From the NCBI GenBank assembly GCA_964016885.1, contig OZ024762.1, positions 18,476,001-18,540,000 of the forward strand: a DNA stretch of 64,000 bases, in the 5' to 3' direction. The DNA is from Eledone cirrhosa (Eukaryota). The notes beneath the pieces were generated by a model. It searched no databases. It was given only the letters and a program-made list of their open reading frames with translations, and was not told where the DNA came from. Shown here in pieces: positions 57,863-64,000 of the stretch (position 1 is the stretch's first letter; every line of letters begins with the position of its first letter). Both the position numbers and the translations under genes were made by a program.

Positions 57863-57924
<62 letters not shown>

Positions 57925-57925
57925 G

Positions 57926-57999
<74 letters not shown>

Positions 58000-58172
58000 A
58001 TATATATATATGTGTTACGTAATTCCAAAGGAAAAGCAAAGGAAAAAAGAGTGCTCCATGTATAGAACAGAACCATTTAATTAGAAAGTGAACAACACAA
58101 AATATAACTACTCCATTACCAAAGGTTTCTGGATCATAGACGATAATAATATATACGTCTGGATAGTTCGAT

Positions 58173-58242
58173 CTCTATCTGACGAACGATCCAGACGTAT
58201 ATATTATTATCGTCTGTGATCCAGAAACCTTTGGTAATGGAG
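58173..58242 (+). ncRNA. Hammerhead ribozyme in fold-back element
   Basis: CTCTAT CTGACGA (long stem II GATCCAGACG/CGTCTGTGATC) GAAA CC-TTT-GG TA ATGGAG. Confidence 0.65.
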
Positions 58243-58269
58243 TAGTTATATTTTGTGTTGTTCACTTTC

Positions 58270-58360
<91 letters not shown>

Positions 58361-60330
58361 TATATGTATATATTTAATGGTTTCAGTCATTAGACTGCGG
58401 CCATGCTTGGGCACCGTCTAGATTTAGTCGACCCTAGTATTTGTATTTTTCAAGCCTGGTACTTATTTTATCGATCTCTTTTTTGTGGAGTGGTAAGTTA
58501 CAAGACATAATTACACTTAGACACAGGCACGTGGAACATATTAATGTTCCCTCTTCATAGCCCAGACTGCCTCTCAGAACTTTTCATTTTAGTAGAAATA
58601 ATAATGTAAATAAACAAAATGGAGAAGCCAAATAGCAAATGTTTTGGAGTAAAATATAGTTTTAAAATATAATTTTACACCAGTTAAACATAAAAACTAA
58701 ATAATGAATAAATAAATAGCAAACTTACATTAAATTACAAATAGATAAATAAAAAAAAAATAAGGAATAAAGATAAAATATAATAAGAAAAAATAGCAAT
58801 ATAATTAAAATAGAAAAAAAGATGAAGATAAAAACATAATTTCGAAATGATAAATTAGAAAAATAAAATAAATTAGATGGATAAAAAAATTGATATATAT
58901 ATATATATATATCCGTATAAGAAAACGGAAACGATATGGTGGTGCAATATGGCCGCCTGTAGCTACTACTGTCTATGATTTATTCACATCTGTTTAGTTT
59001 TAATGATAGACTTTAGTTTGAAGGATGAGGACATAAGCTCTGCTACGTCTTACCGTTTCTACGTCTGATGTTATATATAGTATTTAACATAAGTTGCATA
59101 TTTTTTATTAGATTTATTTCTCTACTTAGTGTCATATATTTTTTTTTGAGAAAGAAGTGATGTATCAACCTAAAATATGAGAAAATATAAAGTATATATT
59201 GAACAAAAAAATGGGGGTAAATTAAGAAACCAATAAATACAAAAATAAGATGTAACAAAAAAACAAAAATACATTTTTTTTTATTAAAGTGCGGAGGACT
59301 ACATGTATCCTCTAACTTCTACTTATGATATCGTTACATCTGTTTAGCAATAATTATAGATATTTTTTAAAACCATATAAACCTATGTCTTAGAGTACCA
59401 ACACTTAATATAGATTTGTATCACGTGTATAAAGCCACGCATTTTTGATGGCAGAATACGATTGATGAAAGTTTTCCTTACCATATTTCAAATAAAAGAT
59501 GAAACTGCCTATGATTTTTTAAATCATTCGGAAAAGAATCAAGAATTTGGAAGAATTTATTGATGTAACTAACTTTCTCGTTATTACGTCCTTACTGAAA
59601 ATTATGATGGAAGGCTTTGAGATAAATAAATATAAACACTTTAAAATAAACTATTTTGTACCATAAAACCAAGTGAAATTTCTTGTACTTTGGTTTTATA
59701 TGTAGTATATACTATATATATATACATATATATATGTAGGAGAAAGTATGATCTCGACGGCAGAGCTCAAGCCGTTTCGACGGCTATTTCTGGTCCAGAA
59801 ATAGCTGTCGAAACGGCTTGAGCTCTGCCGTCGGCGTCATACTTTCTCCTATTATCCACTCTACTACCCTAAGTATTGAGTACTCTGGTGCGTTATGGTC
59901 CACCTGGTTCATTACCAAAACTCCTCCGTGATATATAATTGAAGACTAAAATCCAAAGAGGGCTCGATAAGGAAAATATATATCAAATATATAAGAACCA
60001 ACGTTACCACGAACCAAAGTATCGTCTTCCTGTCTTCCTCCGGTTGCAACGTTTTTTGAAATATCCAGTTCTGCGTTTACAGATTGACTTTGTTAGTTTC
60101 AGAAGATCCCGTTAAGGGTGAAAGCAGCAATTCTTTGCTTAAAGTTTAATCTGTTATTTTAATAAATATATATATATATATATATTAATATTGATTCAAA
60201 ATATTAACAAAAATAGAACTTCTTCTGATCAAGTATATTTTATTATACATATTTCAGAGGTACTGAGCTAACTTCCAATCTATTGTAAAACTCATTCTTT
60301 GATTTATTCATTGAACCTTGTTTAACCTTG

Positions 60331-60393
<63 letters not shown>

Positions 60394-60597
60394 AAGTTAT
60401 ATTTAAAATTGTTGGGTTACAACTAGTAAATATTTATAACTGATATAAAAGCACTCGACAAATATTTGGAGTATATTTACAATATTAAATAAATGGAAAA
60501 CTATATTTATAAAACCATATTTATTTCATTATATATATTTCGGGGATATCATATTAACAATATGCTATGCCTTCATCAGACAAAATACAATATAAAT

Positions 60598-60697
<100 letters not shown>

Positions 60698-60916
60698 CAA
60701 ATTTTAGTACAGAATCAACGAACCTTTTGGTAGCAGCAAAGCTAACGAATGCAGTTTCGGTGTGCAGCTAAGCACTCAATGGTGAATATTACCCCAGAGT
60801 TATAACATTACGTTTAGACAGCGATCGATAGACGGGCCGCAGTGACCATAGCGACGAAAAAAAACTGAACTCAGGAACATTTTTTGACTGACCTGGACCA
60901 TCGCGTAAACATTACA

Positions 60917-60977
<61 letters not shown>

Positions 60978-61059
60978 TACATATACCCACTCTACTACTC
61001 TAAGTATTGAGTACTTTGGTGCGTTATGGTCCATCTGGTTCCTTACCACATTTCCTTCG

Positions 61060-61093
<34 letters not shown>

Positions 61094-61197
61094 TCCCGCC
61101 GAGGTTAACTTTGCCTTTCATCCTTACGGGGTCGATAAAACAAAGTACCAGTAATGCACTGGGTAATTTGCTGGCCTTGTGCCTAAAGTAGAAACAG

Positions 61198-61275
<78 letters not shown>

Positions 61276-61601
61276 TATATATATATATAATGAATGGATT
61301 AAGCTAGTCAACCATAGTTGTTCAACTCGCCATAATAAAGATCTCAAGTTTGGCCGAAGCAGTGTTGTGTCCACTGAGATTTCTGGATAAACAACAAAGA
61401 AATTTATGAAGAGATTATTCGGAAAAGCATGAAATTTGTTCTAGAAAACCATGTCAGTGTTCTGTAATCGTGTCCCCAGAGTAATTTCCTTGTTGATAGG
61501 TTTCTTTACAAAGCAAAAGATAGTCGAAAATTGCGACCAATACAACAAGAAGCCATATTAGTTCTATTGCTATTGTATTTATTATTGCTATTGTTTTTGT
61601 T

Positions 61602-61632
<31 letters not shown>

Positions 61633-61673
61633 TTGTTACTACTATTATTGTTAATATTGTTTTTACTGTTGTT

Positions 61674-61712
<39 letters not shown>

Positions 61713-61902
61713 ACTACTATTATTGTTAATATTGTTTTTACTGTTATTGTTGCTGTTGTTGTTGTTACTACTATTGTTAATATTGTTATTAGTGTTATTG
61801 TTGTTGTTGTTGTTGTTGTTACTACTATTGTTAATATTGTTATTAGTGTTATTGTTGTTGTTGTTGTTGTTGTTACTACTATTGTTAATAGTTATTAGTG
61901 TT

Positions 61903-61935
<33 letters not shown>

Positions 61936-61965
61936 ACTACTATTGTTAATATTGTTATTAGTGTT

Positions 61966-61998
<33 letters not shown>

Positions 61999-62260
61999 AT
62001 AAATATCGTTATCAGTACTAGCAGTAGTAGTAGTCGTAGTGGTAGTATGGAGCAGTAGTGGTAGTATTAGTATTAGTAGTCGTAGTAGGAACAGATCATC
62101 ATCATCATCATGATAATGATGATGATGATGATCATCATCATCAGTAGAAGTAGTATTAGTAGTAGTTGTATCATCATCATCATAATCATCATCATCATCA
62201 TCATCAGTAATAGCAGCAGTAGTAGTAGTAGTAGTGTTGGTAGTAGTAGTAGTAGTGTTG

Positions 62261-62319
<59 letters not shown>

Positions 62320-62326
62320 GGTGGTG

Positions 62327-62381
<55 letters not shown>

Positions 62382-62497
62382 CAGTAGTAGTAGTAGTGGC
62401 AGTAGTAGTAGTGGTAGTAGTAGTAGTGGTAGTAATAGTAGTGGCAGTAGTAGTAGTAGTAGTGGCAGTAGTAGTAGTAGTAGTAGTAGTGGTGGTA

Positions 62498-62538
<41 letters not shown>

Positions 62539-63391
62539 GGTGGTAGTAGTAGTAGTGGTGGTAGTGGTGGTAGTAGTAGTAGTAGTAGTACCGAGACAAT
62601 TTGATAAGGTTTTAATGTTTTGTTTTGCTTTCTTTTGTATAAGTTTGTAATGTATGTGTGTGTGTGTGTGTGTACGTATGTATGTATGTGTGTGGGTGTA
62701 CGTATGTATGTATGTGTGTGTGTGTGTACGTATGTATGTGTGTGTGGGTGTACGTATGTATTATGTGTGTGGGTGTACGTATGTATGTATGTGTGTGGGT
62801 GTACGTATGTATGTATGTGTGTGTGTGTGTACGTATGTATGTATGTGTGTGTGGGTGTACATATGTATGTATGTGTGTGTGGGTGTACGTATGTATGTAT
62901 GTGTGTGTGTGTGTGCGTATGTATGTGTGTGTGGGTGTACGTATGTATTATGTGTGTGGGTGTACGTATGTATGTATGTGTGTGTGTGTGTACGTATGTA
63001 TGTATGTGTGTGTGGGTGTACATATGTATGTATGTATGTGTGTGGGTGTACGTATGTATGTATGTGTGTGGGTGAACGTATGTATGTATGTGTGTGTGTG
63101 GGTGTACATATGTATGTATGTATGTGTGTGGGTGTACGTATGTATGTATGTGTGTGGGTGTACGTATGTATGTATGTGTGTGGGTGTACGTATGTATGTG
63201 TGTGGGTGTACGTATGTATGTATGTGTTTGTGGGTGTCTGTATGTATGTATGTGTATGTACATATGTATGTATGTATGTATTTATGTATGTATATATGTA
63301 TGTATATATGGTATGTGTATATATGTATGTATATATGGTATGTGTATACATGTATGTATATATGTATGTATGTATGTATGTATTTATGTGT

Positions 63392-63968
63392 GACTGAGCG
63401 GAGAATTTGCTGAGCTAGTTACAGAGCGGAGAATTTGCTGAGCTAGTTACTGAACGGAGTATTTGCTGAGCTAGATACTGAGCGGAGTATTTGCTGAGCT
63501 AGTTACTGAGCGGAGAATTTGCTGAGCTAGTTACAGAGCGGAGAATTTGCTGAGCTAGATACTGAACGGAGTATTTGCTGAGCTAGTTACAGAGCGGAGA
63601 ATTTGCTGAGCTAGTTACTGAACGGAGTATTTGCTGAGCTAGTTACAGAGCGGAGAATTTGGTGAGCTAGATACTGAGCGGAGTATTTGCTGAGCTAGTT
63701 ACTGAGCGGAGAATTTGCTGAGCTAGTTACAGAGCGGAGTATTTGCTGAGATAGATACTGAACGGAGAATTTGCTGAGCTAGTTACAGAGCGGAGAATTT
63801 GCTGAGCTAGTTACAGAGCGGAGAATTTGCTGAGCTAGTTACAGAGCGGAGAATTTGCTGAGCTAGTTACTGAGCGGAGTATTTGCTGAGCTAGTTACTG
63901 AACGGAGTATTTGCTGAGCTAGTTACTGAGCGGAGAATTTGCTGAGCTAGTTACAGAGCGGAGAATTT
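63392..63968. repeat. 28-bp minisatellite (~20 copies)
   Basis: ac(t/a)ga(g/a)cggag(a/t)atttgctgagctag(t/a)t repeated. Confidence 0.95.
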
Positions 63969-64000
63969 ATTGAATTAGATATTGATACTGAGCTGAGGTG

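Noticed and set aside
63392-63968. 28-bp repeats of CRISPR-repeat size
   Set aside because: Head-to-tail with no spacers, so this is a minisatellite.

Overview
AT-rich, microsatellite-dense animal genomic DNA. The SINE/LINE families look like those of octopus/coleoid cephalopods (inferred from recall, not from a search). Nearly all ORFs in the supplied track are simple-repeat artefacts. Reading splice sites by hand gives three gene models. (1) A 4-exon + strand gene (789-853, 22644-22857, 25354-25454, 26453-26759) encodes a 228-aa secreted Cys-loop-receptor ligand-binding-domain-only protein. It is AChBP-like but has a short C-X10-C loop, no vicinal loop-C cysteines and no transmembrane domain. 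(2) NDUFS5 lies on the - strand (35330-35130 + 33937-33842, 98 aa, twin CX9C), and its start-codon exon is flanked by an inverted SINE pair. (3) A probable signal-peptide first exon of another secreted protein lies at 55266-55323. Introns and intergenic DNA hold many tRNA-type SINEs, RTE/CRE/Tx1-like LINE fragments, MITEs, several young tandem arrays (125, 209, 48/96, 96, 34, 32 and 28 bp) and a Penelope-like RT relic. They also hold about a dozen hammerhead-ribozyme motifs, including U3-A8 core variants, in short elements embedded in (TA)n tracts, many arranged as fold-back hairpins.
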